The notes under the pieces are model-generated. The model had not been told where the DNA came from and ran no database searches. It saw nothing but the letters and a program-made list of their open reading frames with translations. Both the position numbers and the translations under genes were made by a program. A stretch of 19,781 nucleotides of DNA from assembly GCA_043753995.1 (NCBI GenBank), contig JAYUVP010000216.1:1-19781 (forward strand). The letters are read 5' to 3'. This DNA is from Fibrobacterota bacterium (GTDB lineage Bacteria > Fibrobacterota > Fibrobacteria > UBA11236). This document shows, in pieces, positions 1 to 9,479 of this stretch (the stretch's first letter is position 1; every line of letters starts with the position of its first letter).

Positions 1-804
1 TATATCGTTGTCTTCATGAACAAGTGCGACATGGTTGACGATCCCGAATTGCTGGATCTGGTCGAAATGGAAATCCGCGACTTGCTGAAGAAGTATGAAT
101 TCCCTGGCGACGATATCCCCATCACTCGCGGTAGCGCGGTCAAAGCCCTCGAAGGCGATACCGGCGATCTGGGCGAGAAGGCGATTCTCGCCTTGATGCT
201 GAGCGTCGACAAGTATATCCCCACCCCGGTTCGCGCCGTGGACAAGCCCTTCTTGATGAGCGTCGAAGACGTGTTCACCATTACCGGTCGCGGTACGGTG
301 GCAACGGGTCGCGTGGAACAAGGCAAGGTCAAGGTCGGCGAAGAAATCGAACGCGTTGGTCTCGGTGACAGCAAGAAGTTCGTGGTGACGGGCGTGGAAA
401 TGTTCCGCAAGCTTCTCGACGACGCACAAGCGGGCGACAATGTCGGCCTCTTGCTCCGCGGCGCAGAAAAGACGGATATCGAGCGCGGCCAGGTTTTGGC
501 CAAGCCGGGCACGATAACCCCGCATACGAATTTCAAAGCTGAGGTTTATGTCTTGAGCAAGGACGAAGGCGGACGCCATACTCCTTTCTTCAAAGGCTAT
601 CGCCCTCAGTTCTACTTCCGTACCACCGACGTGACGGGCTCGATTGAGCTCCCCGAAGGCACGGAAATGGTGATGCCTGGTGACAATATCTCGGTTACGG
701 TCGAGCTGATTGCGCCTATCGCCATGGCAAAAGACTTGCGCTTCGCCATTCGTGAAGGCGGCAAAACCGTCGGCGCTGGCGTTGTAACGGAAATCATTAA
801 GTAA
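1..804 (+). CDS. tuf: Elongation factor Tu, 5'-truncated by the window edge
   Basis: Frame 1 is open from base 1 ([11 protein letters not shown]4 NKxD motif). Also contains [34 protein letters not shown] and [14 protein letters not shown]. Confidence 0.99.
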   Translation, partial: YIVVFMNKCDMVDDPELLDLVEMEIRDLLKKYEFPGDDIPITRGSAVKALEGDTGDLGEKAILALMLSVDKYIPTPVRAVDKPFLMSVEDVFTITGRGTVATGRVEQGKVKVGEEIERVGLGDSKKFVVTGVEMFRKLLDDAQAGDNVGLLLRGAEKTDIERGQVLAKPGTITPHTNFKAEVYVLSKDEGGRHTPFFKGYRPQFYFRTTDVTGSIELPEGTEMVMPGDNISVTVELIAPIAMAKDLRFAIREGGKTVGAGVVTEIIK

Positions 805-819
805 TCAGGATATCAGTAA

Positions 820-854
820 CAGAGGGTTTGGCCGAGAGCCAAGCCCGCTCTCTG
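820..854 (+). promoter_or_regulatory. Stem-loop in the tuf-rpsJ spacer
   Basis: GGGTTTGGC(824-832)/GCCAAGCCC(838-846) 9-bp stem with one GU pair, extended by CAGA/TCTG past a 3' bulge. No U-tract follows. Confidence 0.5.
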
Positions 855-877
855 AAAACTCTAGCGAGGATTGACCT

Positions 878-1183
878 GTGGCAGGAAGAATACGTATCCG
901 CCTGAAATCATTCGACCATCGAATGATTGACCGCTCGGCGGCCGACATCGTTCGGACGGCGCGGAATACCGGCGCCAAAATCGTCGGTCCCATACCGCTT
1001 CCCACCAAGAAGCGCATTTTCACGGTGATACGCTCACCGCACATCGACAAGACCTCGCGTGAGCAGTTCGAAATGCGGACGCATAAACGCCTCATCGATA
1101 TCCTCGACCATACCCCGCAGACAATCGATTCGCTCATCAAGCTCGATTTGCCCGCCGGTGTGGAAGTTGAGATCAACGTCTAA
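878..1183 (+). CDS. rpsJ: 30S ribosomal protein S10 (uS10)
   Basis: [45 protein letters not shown] start with GAGGA SD. Confidence 0.99.
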   Translation: MAGRIRIRLKSFDHRMIDRSAADIVRTARNTGAKIVGPIPLPTKKRIFTVIRSPHIDKTSREQFEMRTHKRLIDILDHTPQTIDSLIKLDLPAGVEVEINV

Positions 1184-1194
1184 GGGCACGGCTA

Positions 1195-1821
1195 ATGTTG
1201 GGACTTATCGGAATCAAGCTGGGAATGACCCAGATATACAACAAGGTCGGCCAACCCGTGCCCGTCACGGTGATTGAGCTACCTCCGGCCACGGTCATGG
1301 AAGTGAAGTCCAAGGACAAGCACGGCTATACTGCCGTAAAATTGGCCTCGGGCACCAAAAAAGAGAAGCACTTGAATAAGCCCGAAATCGGACAATTCAA
1401 GAAGAGCAATGTCGCATTGAGCCGCTTCGTCGCTGAGTTTCGACTCGACGACACCGCCGGCTACGAAGTAGGCAAGACGATTGACGTCAGCCTCTTCGGA
1501 GATTCCAAGGCAGTGACCGTTACCGGCACATCCAAGGGACGTGGCTTTGCAGGTACCATTAAGCGTCATAACTTCAGCCGCGGTCCTGAGACTCACGGTT
1601 CGCAAAACGTCCGTGCTCCTGGATCGCTCGGTGCTCATACCTATCCCGGCCGCGTTTGGCCTGGACAGAAATTGGGCGGCCATTTGGGCGTCGAAACGCA
1701 CACCTTTAAAAATCTTGAACTTGTTCAGGTCGATGCCGAGCGCAATTTGCTCTTCATCAAGGGAGCTATTCCCGGCGCGAACAATGCCAAGGTCATCGTG
1801 AGGAAGCAGAAAAATGGTTAA
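1195..1821 (+). CDS. rplC: 50S ribosomal protein L3 (uL3)
   Basis: GIKLGMTQ, PVTVIE, GTSKGRGFAGTIKRH, KGAIPG; follows rpsJ. Confidence 0.99.
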   Translation: MLGLIGIKLGMTQIYNKVGQPVPVTVIELPPATVMEVKSKDKHGYTAVKLASGTKKEKHLNKPEIGQFKKSNVALSRFVAEFRLDDTAGYEVGKTIDVSLFGDSKAVTVTGTSKGRGFAGTIKRHNFSRGPETHGSQNVRAPGSLGAHTYPGRVWPGQKLGGHLGVETHTFKNLELVQVDAERNLLFIKGAIPGANNAKVIVRKQKNG

Positions 1822-2446
1822 GGCGAAACTGCATGCCGCCGACGGCAGCGTGAAGGCTGAGACCGATTTGCCGGCCAGCCACTTTGATCAACCCGTGAAT
1901 GAAGCCGTCATGTGGGCGGCTGTGGAAGTGCTCATGGCCAATCAGCGCCAAGGCACCCACAAAACCAAGACTCGCGCTGAAGTTTCTGGTGGCGGCAAAA
2001 AGCCCTGGAAGCAAAAGGGAACCGGTCGTGCTCGTCAGGGCTCGAATACCGCTCCTAACTGGGCGCGCGGTGGTAAGGCTCATGGCCCTATTCCCCGCAA
2101 GTACGGCATTAATATCAATGCCAAGGTGAAAAAGAAGGCACTCATTTGCGCGCTGTCGGCCATGGCCCAGCAAGGTCAAGTGCATGTCTTCGAAGGTTTG
2201 AGCGTCACCGCTCCCAAGACCAGCGCACTCGCCGCCATCCTCAAGAGGGCCGAGTTGGGTAAGGGTCGAAGCCTCATCTTGGTGACCGAGCCCGAGCACA
2301 ACTTGATGCTCGCAGCCCGTAACATTCGCGACTTGTGCGTGGAGCGCGTGGCCGACGTGTCGACCTATAGCTTGCTCCAAGCCGAGCGCCTCATCCTCAC
2401 CGACATGGCTCTCAAGGCTTTGGTCGAGACCCGCAAGGCGGCCTGA
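1814..2446 (+). CDS. rplD: 50S ribosomal protein L4 (uL4)
   Basis: RQGTHKTKTRAEVSGGGKKPWKQKGTGRARQGS; overlaps the rplC end by 8 nt. Confidence 0.99.
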   Translation: MVKAKLHAADGSVKAETDLPASHFDQPVNEAVMWAAVEVLMANQRQGTHKTKTRAEVSGGGKKPWKQKGTGRARQGSNTAPNWARGGKAHGPIPRKYGININAKVKKKALICALSAMAQQGQVHVFEGLSVTAPKTSALAAILKRAELGKGRSLILVTEPEHNLMLAARNIRDLCVERVADVSTYSLLQAERLILTDMALKALVETRKAA

Positions 2447-2453
2447 GGTCATC

Positions 2454-2738
2454 ATGAAGGCAATAAAAGACGTATTGGAATATCCGCTTCTCACTGAGAA
2501 GTCCCTGAAGATTCGCCCCAATGGCAATCAATGGGTTTTCAAGGTGAAGCCTACAGCAACCAAGGGCCAAATCAAGCGTGCCATCGAAGAGCGCTTTCAG
2601 GTGAAAGTCGAAGCGGTGAACACGGTGAATGTCCTCGGAAAATACAAGAGCGTTCGCGGCGTTTATGGCCGACGCGCTCATTGGAAGAAAGCCTACGTGC
2701 GGTTGCGCGCTGGCGACGGCATCAAAGACATAGAGTAA
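2454..2738 (+). CDS. rplW: 50S ribosomal protein L23 (uL23)
   Basis: PLLTEKS, ATKGQIKRAIE..F.VKV..VNT, WKKAYVRL. Confidence 0.98.
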   Translation: MKAIKDVLEYPLLTEKSLKIRPNGNQWVFKVKPTATKGQIKRAIEERFQVKVEAVNTVNVLGKYKSVRGVYGRRAHWKKAYVRLRAGDGIKDIE

Positions 2739-2756
2739 GCAGAGAGACGCAAGACC

Positions 2757-3599
2757 ATGGGACTCAAGTCTTACCGGCCGCTGACGCCGACGCTGCGCTA
2801 CAAGCAGACGCCGGACTTCGCCGAAATTACCACCGACAAGCCTTACAAGCCCCTGCTTGAAGGCCGCTCGGAACCTGCCGGACGCAATAATTCCGGCAAT
2901 ATCACCATGCGCCGTCGCGGCGGTGGCCACAAGCGCAAGTATCGCATCATCGACTTCAAGCGTGAGCGTGAAGGCGTGAAGGCTACGGTCGAAACTATCG
3001 AATACGATCCGAATCGCAGCGCTTATATCGCCCTGGTTCGATATATCGATGGCGAGCGCCGTTACATTATCGCCCCAGAAGGCCTCAAGGTCGGACAGAT
3101 CGTGTTGTCGGGCGAAGGCGCGACACTTGAAGTCGGTAATGTCTTGCCTTTGAGCAAGATTCCGATGAACACCTTGATTCACGCCATTGAGCTCAAGCCT
3201 GGCAAAGGCGCGCAAATCGCGCGCTCCGCGGGCTCTTGGGGCGAAGTCGTGGCTCGCGAAGAAGAGCATGCTCAAATCAAGCTGCCTTCAGGCGAAATCT
3301 ATCGTATCCGCCTGATCTGCCGCGCCGCAATCGGCCGCGTCGGAAACGGGGATCATAACAATGTCATTAGCGGTTCGGCCGGACGTTCGCGTTGGATGGG
3401 CAAGCGGCCCAAGGTTCGCGGTGTGGCTATGAATCCTGTCGACCATCCCATGGGTGGTGGTGAAGGCAGAACTTCGGGTGGTGGTCACCCGGTCTCTCCC
3501 TGGGGCAAAAAGTCCAAGGGTAAGAAGACTCGCAATAACAAGCGGACCGACCAATATATTGTCCGGCGCCGTCCTAAGAATAAGTCGCGGGAGGCTTAA
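2757..3599 (+). CDS. rplB: 50S ribosomal protein L2 (uL2)
   Basis: [49 protein letters not shown]. Confidence 0.99.
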   Translation: MGLKSYRPLTPTLRYKQTPDFAEITTDKPYKPLLEGRSEPAGRNNSGNITMRRRGGGHKRKYRIIDFKREREGVKATVETIEYDPNRSAYIALVRYIDGERRYIIAPEGLKVGQIVLSGEGATLEVGNVLPLSKIPMNTLIHAIELKPGKGAQIARSAGSWGEVVAREEEHAQIKLPSGEIYRIRLICRAAIGRVGNGDHNNVISGSAGRSRWMGKRPKVRGVAMNPVDHPMGGGEGRTSGGGHPVSPWGKKSKGKKTRNNKRTDQYIVRRRPKNKSREA

Positions 3600-3602
3600 G
3601 TC

Positions 3603-3908
3603 ATGGCTCGTTCACTCAAGAAGGGCGCGTTCGTCGACTCTCATCTTCAGAATAAGGTGAAAGAGATGAGCGGCAATACAAAGAAGACGGCCATCAAGAC
3701 CTGGAGCCGTCGCTCTACCATCATTCCCGACTTCGTCGGACACACCATTGCCGTGCACAACGGCAAGACCCATGTGCCCGTCTATGTCACTGAAAACATG
3801 GTTGGCCATAAGCTCGGTGAGTTTTCACTCACGCGCACTTATCGCGGCCATGCCAAAACCGAAAAAGCCAAGCCCGCTCCGGCATCCGCCGGACAGGGCA
3901 AGAAGTAA
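3603..3908 (+). CDS. rpsS: 30S ribosomal protein S19 (uS19)
   Basis: [32 protein letters not shown]; short Ala/Lys/Pro-rich C-terminal tail. Confidence 0.99.
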   Translation: MARSLKKGAFVDSHLQNKVKEMSGNTKKTAIKTWSRRSTIIPDFVGHTIAVHNGKTHVPVYVTENMVGHKLGEFSLTRTYRGHAKTEKAKPAPASAGQGKK

Positions 3909-3925
3909 GGCGAGGATAGGCAACG

Positions 3926-4270
3926 ATGGAAGCAGTGGCAAAAGCCAAATACCTGCGCTCGTCCTACAATCGGATGCGCCAGGTGGCCGATCTGATTCGC
4001 GGCAAGTCCGTGGAAGACTCCTTGAACCTTCTTTTCGGCCTACGGCTGCAAAAGAAGTCGGCGCTCATGATGGATAAAATCCTCAAGGCGGCCGTGGCAA
4101 ACTATCAGGTGAAGGCAGCCGCCGGATCCTCGAAGGCCAAGAACCTAAAAGTCAAAACGGTGATGGTTGACGCCGGACCCTTGATCAAGCGCATTCGTGC
4201 TCATGCTCAAGGCCGTGCATTCCGCATCGAAAAGAAGATGAGCCACGTCACCCTTATAGTGGCGGACTAA
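3926..4270 (+). CDS. rplV: 50S ribosomal protein L22 (uL22)
   Basis: [22 protein letters not shown]...AQGRA, SHVTLIV; synteny. Confidence 0.98.
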   Translation: MEAVAKAKYLRSSYNRMRQVADLIRGKSVEDSLNLLFGLRLQKKSALMMDKILKAAVANYQVKAAAGSSKAKNLKVKTVMVDAGPLIKRIRAHAQGRAFRIEKKMSHVTLIVAD

Positions 4271-4280
4271 GGAGGAAATA

Positions 4281-4946
4281 ATGGGACAGAAAACCCATCC
4301 GATAGGATTCCGACTTGGTGTCATCAAGACCTGGAATTCGCGCTGGTACGCCGAAAAGAATTTCGCGGACCTGCTGTATGAAGACATGGTGATTCGTCGC
4401 TACTTGAAGAAGCGCTTGGCTCATGCCAGCCTCTCCAATGTGGGTATCGAACGCACCGTCAAGGAAGTCACCATCAATATCTTCACCGCCCGTCCTGGCG
4501 TCGTTATCGGCAAAAAGGGCGAAGAGGTGGAGCGTATCAAGGGTGAGCTTCAGCACTTGACGGGTAAGGACATCTACATCAATATCCGCGAGATCAAGCG
4601 TCCCGAAGTGGACTCCCAACTCGTGGCCGAGAACATCGCCCGCCAATTGGAAAAGCGCGTTGCTTTCCGCCGTGCGATGAAAAAGGCAGTGGCTTCGGCC
4701 ATGCGTCTTGGCGCCCAAGGCATCAAGATCACTTGCTCGGGCCGTCTTGGTGGAGCTGAAATCGCTCGTATTGAAAAAACCCGCGAAGGCCGCATTCCCT
4801 TGCAGACCTTACGCGCCGACATCGATTACGCCACCTCGCGTGCGGAAACCACCTTTGGCACCATTGGCGTCAAGGTCTGGATTTTCAAAGGCGAGATCCT
4901 GAAGAAGGAAGAGAACCCCACTGAGGGAGAAAGGGTGTTAGGCTAA
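4281..4946 (+). CDS. rpsC: 30S ribosomal protein S3 (uS3)
   Basis: [24 protein letters not shown] (KH domain), [32 protein letters not shown]. Confidence 0.99.
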   Translation: MGQKTHPIGFRLGVIKTWNSRWYAEKNFADLLYEDMVIRRYLKKRLAHASLSNVGIERTVKEVTINIFTARPGVVIGKKGEEVERIKGELQHLTGKDIYINIREIKRPEVDSQLVAENIARQLEKRVAFRRAMKKAVASAMRLGAQGIKITCSGRLGGAEIARIEKTREGRIPLQTLRADIDYATSRAETTFGTIGVKVWIFKGEILKKEENPTEGERVLG

Positions 4947-5366
4947 ATGCTGAGCCCTAAGAAAGTCAAGTGGCGCAAGGTCCAGAAGGGCGCCATGAAA
5001 GGCGCTGCCCCCCGTGGCACGACTCTGGCCTTCGGTGAATTTGGTCTTCAGGCCCTTGAATCGGCCTGGGTGTCCAATCGCCAAATTGAAGCGGCCCGCG
5101 TGGCCATGACACGCAAAATCAAGCGCGGTGGACGTGTGTGGATACGCGTCTATCCGGACAAGCCCTTCACGAAGAAGCCTGCTGAAACCCGCATGGGTTC
5201 CGGTAAGGGTAATGTCGAAGGTTGGGTGGCTGTAGTTCTCGCCGGACGCATTCTCTTTGAGATGGGCGGCGTGGAAAAGGAATTGGCCATCGAAGCCCTC
5301 AAAGTTGCGGCTCAAAAGCTCCCCCTGCGCGTAAAGATTTGCGAGTTGGAGGAAAACAATGGCTGA
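4947..5366 (+). CDS. rplP: 50S ribosomal protein L16 (uL16)
   Basis: [33 protein letters not shown]. Confidence 0.99.
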   Translation: MLSPKKVKWRKVQKGAMKGAAPRGTTLAFGEFGLQALESAWVSNRQIEAARVAMTRKIKRGGRVWIRVYPDKPFTKKPAETRMGSGKGNVEGWVAVVLAGRILFEMGGVEKELAIEALKVAAQKLPLRVKICELEENNG

Positions 5367-5568
5367 TAAGGCAAAAGACTTGCGCGAGTTGGCGACCGAT
5401 GTCCTGACCACGCGTGTCAAGGACAATGAGTCCAAGCTGTTCGATCTGAAACTTCAGAACAGCCTCGGCAAACTAGAGAACAATTCCTCGGTCCGCATCC
5501 TTCGGCGCGAAATCGCCCGCATGAAAACCGTGCTGGGCGAGAAAACCGCCTCGGCGGCGGTTAAGTAA
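5359..5568 (+). CDS. rpmC: 50S ribosomal protein L29 (uL29)
   Basis: [25 protein letters not shown]; lies between rplP and rpsQ. Confidence 0.97.
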   Translation: MADKAKDLRELATDVLTTRVKDNESKLFDLKLQNSLGKLENNSSVRILRREIARMKTVLGEKTASAAVK

Positions 5569-5577
5569 GGCGGACGG

Positions 5578-5865
5578 ATGTCGACCATGACCGAACAGAA
5601 TACAGAAGCGGCCCGCGACAACCGGCGTAAAGTGCGCCAGGGCTTGGTGGTGAGCGACAAGATGGATAAGACCATCACCGTCGCCGTCGTCAACCGTAAG
5701 TCGCATGCCAAATACGGCAAGACGGTGCACAACACCGTTAAGTTCAAGGCTCACGACGAGCAAAACGAGGCGCATGAAGGCGATGTGGTCGAGATTATCG
5801 AGACCCGTCCCCTCAGCAAAACCAAGCGGTGGCGCCTGCTTCGCATCGTTGAGAAGAAGAAGTGA
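5578..5865 (+). CDS. rpsQ: 30S ribosomal protein S17 (uS17)
   Basis: [38 protein letters not shown]. The start could alternatively be ATG 5587. Confidence 0.98.
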   Translation: MSTMTEQNTEAARDNRRKVRQGLVVSDKMDKTITVAVVNRKSHAKYGKTVHNTVKFKAHDEQNEAHEGDVVEIIETRPLSKTKRWRLLRIVEKKK

Positions 5866-5883
5866 CGGAGACGAGATAGAACC

Positions 5884-6252
5884 ATGATTCAGCAACAAAC
5901 TCGCCTGACCGTCGCCGATAATTCCGGCGCGAAGGAAGTGCAGTGCATCAAGGTGCTCGGCGGCACACGTCGCCGCTATGCAAGCCTGGGTGACATCATC
6001 GTGGTGGCCGTAAAGACCGCCACGCCTACTGCCGGCGTCAAAAAAGGCTCGGTGCAAAAGGCCGTCGTGGTCCGCACCGTGCGCACCGTCAAGCGCAAAG
6101 ATGGCTCGGCCATACGCTTTGGCGATAACGCTTGCGTCATCATCAATGACGCTAAGGAACCCAAGGGTTCGCGTATCTTTGGGCCAGTGGCCCGTGAGTT
6201 GCGCGAGAAGCAGTACATGAAAATCGTGTCACTGGCTCCGGAGGTTATCTAA
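5884..6252 (+). CDS. rplN: 50S ribosomal protein L14 (uL14)
   Basis: [43 protein letters not shown]. Confidence 0.99.
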   Translation: MIQQQTRLTVADNSGAKEVQCIKVLGGTRRRYASLGDIIVVAVKTATPTAGVKKGSVQKAVVVRTVRTVKRKDGSAIRFGDNACVIINDAKEPKGSRIFGPVARELREKQYMKIVSLAPEVI

Positions 6253-6570
6253 ATGGCCTTGAAGATCAAGAAAGACGACCTGGTCCGAGTAACTTCGGGC
6301 AAGGCCAAAGGAAGCGAAGGCAAGGTCATGCGCGTCATCCCCGAGAAATCGAAGGTGGTGATTGAAGGCGTGAACAAAGCCAAGAAGCATCAGAAGCCCA
6401 ATCAAAAAGACCAGAAGGGCGGCATTATTGAAAAAGAAATGCCCATTCATGTGTCCAATGTTGCGCTGGTTTCCCCCAAATCGGGCAAGCCGGTGAAGAT
6501 TTCGCGTCGCGAAGTCAATGGCAAACGGGTGCGAGTGGAACGCAAATCCGGTAACCCCATAGACGGTTGA
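6253..6570 (+). CDS. rplX: 50S ribosomal protein L24 (uL24)
   Basis: KIKKDDLVRVTSGKAKG (KOW motif), VIEGVN, GGIIEKEMPIHVSNV. Confidence 0.99.
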   Translation: MALKIKKDDLVRVTSGKAKGSEGKVMRVIPEKSKVVIEGVNKAKKHQKPNQKDQKGGIIEKEMPIHVSNVALVSPKSGKPVKISRREVNGKRVRVERKSGNPIDG

Positions 6571-6585
6571 GGCCTCATACGGCAG

Positions 6586-6619
6586 GGTCGGGCGAGCCAT
6601 AAGGCTTCGCTTCCCGGTC
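6586..6619 (+). promoter_or_regulatory. Bulged stem-loop abutting the rplE Shine-Dalgarno
   Basis: GGTCGG/CCGGTC lower stem (with GU pairs), 3-nt bulge, GCGAGCC/GGC(T)TCGC upper stem, ATAA loop. The SD GAGGA follows at 6620-6624. Confidence 0.45.
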
Positions 6620-6633
6620 GAGGATAAAAGCAA

Positions 6634-7173
6634 ATGAGCAAGCTGAAGGATAAATACCGTACAGAGATGGTTCAGTCCCTGCAAAAGGAACTGAATCTGA
6701 AAAACGTGATGGAAGTGCCACGCCTCGAAAAGATCGTGCTCAATATGGGCATGGGCAAGGCGACTGGCAATCAACGCCTGATTGAGGAAGCGGTAAATAC
6801 GCTGACCAATATCACCGGCCAAAAGGCCGTGGTGACCAAGGCGAAGAAGGCCATCTCGAATTTCAAGCTTAAAGAAAACCAGGCCATTGGCTCCAAGGTG
6901 ACCCTGCACGGCGACCGCATGTGGGACTTCCTGGAACGCCTTACCGCCATAGCCCTGCCTCGAGTGCGCGATTTTCGCGGCATTCCCAAGCGCGGCTTCG
7001 ACGGCAATGGCAATTACACCTTCGGTATCAAGGAGCAGATCATCTTTCTAGAAATCAACTACGATAAGATTTCTCAGCTCTTCGGTATGGATATCACCTT
7101 TGTGACCAGCGCCAAGAATGACGAGAGCTGCCGTGCTCTCCTCATCTCCTTGGGTCTGCCCTTCCGGAAATAA
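6634..7173 (+). CDS. rplE: 50S ribosomal protein L5 (uL5)
   Basis: VPRLEKIVLNMG, ITGQK, ALPRVRDFRG, FDGNGNYTFGIKEQIIF, GMDITFVT. Confidence 0.99.
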   Translation: MSKLKDKYRTEMVQSLQKELNLKNVMEVPRLEKIVLNMGMGKATGNQRLIEEAVNTLTNITGQKAVVTKAKKAISNFKLKENQAIGSKVTLHGDRMWDFLERLTAIALPRVRDFRGIPKRGFDGNGNYTFGIKEQIIFLEINYDKISQLFGMDITFVTSAKNDESCRALLISLGLPFRK

Positions 7174-7182
7174 GAGGACGGC

Positions 7183-7368
7183 ATGGCAAAGCGTTGCATG
7201 ATTGAAAAGCAGAAGCGGACCCCCAAATTCAAGGTTCGCGCTTATAACCGGTGTCGGCGTTGCGGTCGTCCGCGCGCATACATGGGTAAATTCGGTTTGT
7301 GCCGTATCTGCTTCCGTGAGCTTGCGCTCATTGGAGAGATACCCGGTATCGTTAAGGCCTCGTGGTGA
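7183..7368 (+). CDS. rpsN: 30S ribosomal protein S14, short zinc-binding (type Z, C+) form
   Basis: 61 aa; RCRRCGR...[15 protein letters not shown]...ASW with two CxxC motifs. Confidence 0.98.
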   Translation: MAKRCMIEKQKRTPKFKVRAYNRCRRCGRPRAYMGKFGLCRICFRELALIGEIPGIVKASW

Positions 7369-7400
7369 GCGCGGCCGAGAGAAGCGAAAGAGGATAGACG

Positions 7401-7799
7401 ATGAGTGGAATCAATGATCCCATCGGCGACATGCTCACCCGCATTCGCAACGCCTCCATGGTGGGCAAGCGGGTAGTAGAAATGCCGGCGTCGAATCTTC
7501 GGCGCGAAGTTGCCAAGATTTTGGTGCGGCGGAACTTCATCGAGAAGTTCGTGATTGTCGATGATAGCAAGCAGGGCTTAATGAAGCTCTTATTGCGCTA
7601 CACCGATGGCGAACCCGCCATACAAGGCATCGAGCGCGTCTCGGTTCCCGGTCGTCGCGCTTACTCCGGCGTCGATCGCCTGCCCAGGGTCCGCAATGGC
7701 CTAGGCATAGCCATCGTTTCGACGTCGCGCGGTTTGCTGACCGACCACGAAGCACGCACCCAAAAGGTCGGGGGCGAAGTCCTCTGCAAGGTTTGGTGA
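7401..7799 (+). CDS. rpsH: 30S ribosomal protein S8 (uS8)
   Basis: [45 protein letters not shown]. Confidence 0.99.
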   Translation: MSGINDPIGDMLTRIRNASMVGKRVVEMPASNLRREVAKILVRRNFIEKFVIVDDSKQGLMKLLLRYTDGEPAIQGIERVSVPGRRAYSGVDRLPRVRNGLGIAIVSTSRGLLTDHEARTQKVGGEVLCKVW

Positions 7800-7806
7800 G
7801 GGCAAC

Positions 7807-8343
7807 ATGTCTCGTGTAGGCAAATCACCGGTCAAGATACCGGCCGGAGTCAAAGTGAATGTCACGGGCCAAACCATACAGGTTGAAGGCCCCAAGGGTA
7901 AGCTGTCGTTTACCGTGCATGAAAAAATCAGCATTCAAAAAGCTGATGACGGTTCGCTCGAGTTCAAGCGTCCTTCCGACGCCGGAACCGATCGCGCCCT
8001 GCACGGCACCAGCCGAGCCGTGGTGAATAATATGGTGACCGGTGTCACCAAAGGTTTCACCAAGGAACTCGAAATCCGTGGCGTGGGTTATCGCGGCGAG
8101 CAAAAAGGCAAGGCCGTGAACCTAGTCCTGGGTTATTCCCATCCCATCTTGTTCGAACCGCCTGTGGGCGTGACGGTCAAGATGGACGGTAACGTTAAAA
8201 TTGTCGTCGAAGGCATTGACCGCCAAAAGGTGGGTCAGGTCGCTGCGACGCTGCGCGGTTTCAAGCCCCCCGAGCCTTATAAGGGCAAGGGTGTCCGGTA
8301 CTTGAACGAGCAAGTCATCCAGAAAGAAGTCAAGAAGACTTGA
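7807..8343 (+). CDS. rplF: 50S ribosomal protein L6 (uL6)
   Basis: MSRVGKSPV, VEGPKGKL, GVGYR, LGYSHP, PPEPYKGKGVRY. Confidence 0.99.
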   Translation: MSRVGKSPVKIPAGVKVNVTGQTIQVEGPKGKLSFTVHEKISIQKADDGSLEFKRPSDAGTDRALHGTSRAVVNNMVTGVTKGFTKELEIRGVGYRGEQKGKAVNLVLGYSHPILFEPPVGVTVKMDGNVKIVVEGIDRQKVGQVAATLRGFKPPEPYKGKGVRYLNEQVIQKEVKKT

Positions 8344-8375
8344 TGAGGTCGTGAAGGCCTCTGGCCTTCACCTCA
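8344..8375 (+). promoter_or_regulatory. Strong stem-loop in the rplF-rplR spacer
   Basis: Perfect 9-bp inverted repeat GTGAAGGCC(8351-8359)-TCT-GGCCTTCAC(8363-8371), plus a basal TGAG/CTCA pairing. No U-tract follows. Confidence 0.55.
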
Positions 8376-8391
8376 GCAAAGGGAACTTACC

Positions 8392-8766
8392 ATGTTCGCC
8401 GACAAAGCACAGATTCGTCATCAGGCCCGAGTGGCCCGTCACCAGCGCATTCGCAAGAACCTCGCCGGTACAGCCGAGCGTCCACGCCTTTGCGTGCGCC
8501 GCAGCCTTAACAATATGGTCGCCCAATTGGTCGACGATGTCAGCGGCAAGTCCTTGCTGCAGGTGTCGACCCTATCGGCCGAAATCAAGCCTGCCTTGGT
8601 CGATAAAACCAAGACGCAAGCCTCTGAATTTCTCGGCGAATTCTTCGCCAAGAAGGCGTTGGAAAAGGGCATTAAAAGCGTCGTGTTCGACCGTGGCGGA
8701 TATCTCTACCACGGCCGCGTTAAGGCCATTGCCGAAGCCGCCCGTAAGGCCGGCCTGGAATTTTAA
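8392..8766 (+). CDS. rplR: 50S ribosomal protein L18 (uL18)
   Basis: GTAERPRLCVRRS, AQLVDD, VVFDRGGYLYHGRVKA.AEAARKAGLEF. Confidence 0.99.
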   Translation: MFADKAQIRHQARVARHQRIRKNLAGTAERPRLCVRRSLNNMVAQLVDDVSGKSLLQVSTLSAEIKPALVDKTKTQASEFLGEFFAKKALEKGIKSVVFDRGGYLYHGRVKAIAEAARKAGLEF

Positions 8767-8781
8767 CTCGAGGGAATGCGC

Positions 8782-9267
8782 GTGGAGAACGAAAACAAAA
8801 GTGAGTTTCAGGAAAAGGTCGTGGCCATCAATCGCTGCGCCAAGGTGGTGAAGGGTGGACGTCGGTTCAGCTTCAATTCCATCGTGGTGGTTGGCAATGG
8901 TAACGGTCGTCTCGGACTCGGCATTGGCAAGGCCAATGAAGTCGCCGAAGCGATTCGCAAAGCCACGGAAAACGCCCACAAGAATTTGGTGGACGTGACC
9001 TTGCAAAAGCGCACCATTCCTCACGATATTATCGCGGAATATGGCGCTGCCAAGGTATTCATGCGTCCTGCTTCGCCTGGTACCGGCGTTATTGCCGGCG
9101 GTGCGGCTCGCGCTGTGCTTGAAGCGGCTGGCGTGCATGATGTGCTCACCAAGAGCATTGGCTCGACCAATCCGCATAACGTGGTGAAGGCAATCCTGAA
9201 TGGATTGCAGCGCCAGCGTTCCAAGAAAGAATTCGCACGCCTTCGCGGCCAGGTCGCAAAGGACTAA
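8782..9267 (+). CDS. rpsE: 30S ribosomal protein S5 (uS5)
   Basis: [47 protein letters not shown]. Start placed at GTG 8782 because the SD GAGG (8770-8773) is 8 nt from it but only 2 nt from ATG 8776. Confidence 0.97.
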   Translation: MENENKSEFQEKVVAINRCAKVVKGGRRFSFNSIVVVGNGNGRLGLGIGKANEVAEAIRKATENAHKNLVDVTLQKRTIPHDIIAEYGAAKVFMRPASPGTGVIAGGAARAVLEAAGVHDVLTKSIGSTNPHNVVKAILNGLQRQRSKKEFARLRGQVAKD

Positions 9268-9296
9268 GGCCAAGGCCTTAGACTGAGGATATTCTC

Positions 9297-9479
9297 ATGG
9301 CAAATAAGATCAAAATCACCCAGGTCGAGAGCTCGAACCGCACCCTCAAAGTGCAGCAAAAGACTCTCGTGGCTCTGGGATTGCGGGGCATCCGCAAATT
9401 CGTGGTAAAAACAGACGTTCCCCAAATCCGTGGCATGATCCGCGTTGTGGATCACCTGGTCAAGGTGGAGAAGGCCTAA
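9297..9479 (+). CDS. rpmD: 50S ribosomal protein L30 (uL30)
   Basis: [34 protein letters not shown]; synteny. Confidence 0.97.
   Translation: MANKIKITQVESSNRTLKVQQKTLVALGLRGIRKFVVKTDVPQIRGMIRVVDHLVKVEKA

Noticed and set aside
1793..3275. Long antisense ORFs (1793-2527, 2412-3275), and similar ones at 6229-6909, 8572-9273, 10153-10839 and 13369-13971
   Set aside because: They are shadows of well-supported, codon-biased genes on the opposite strand and contain no recognisable motifs.
7183..7368. Zinc-ribbon S14 (and L36 at 11519-11635) as a novelty
   Set aside because: C+ forms are the common ancestral state in this operon.
8351..8851. 166-aa alternative-frame ORF overlapping rplR
   Set aside because: It overlaps a confident L18 gene in another frame, its start lies inside the spacer hairpin, and the translation is not protein-like.
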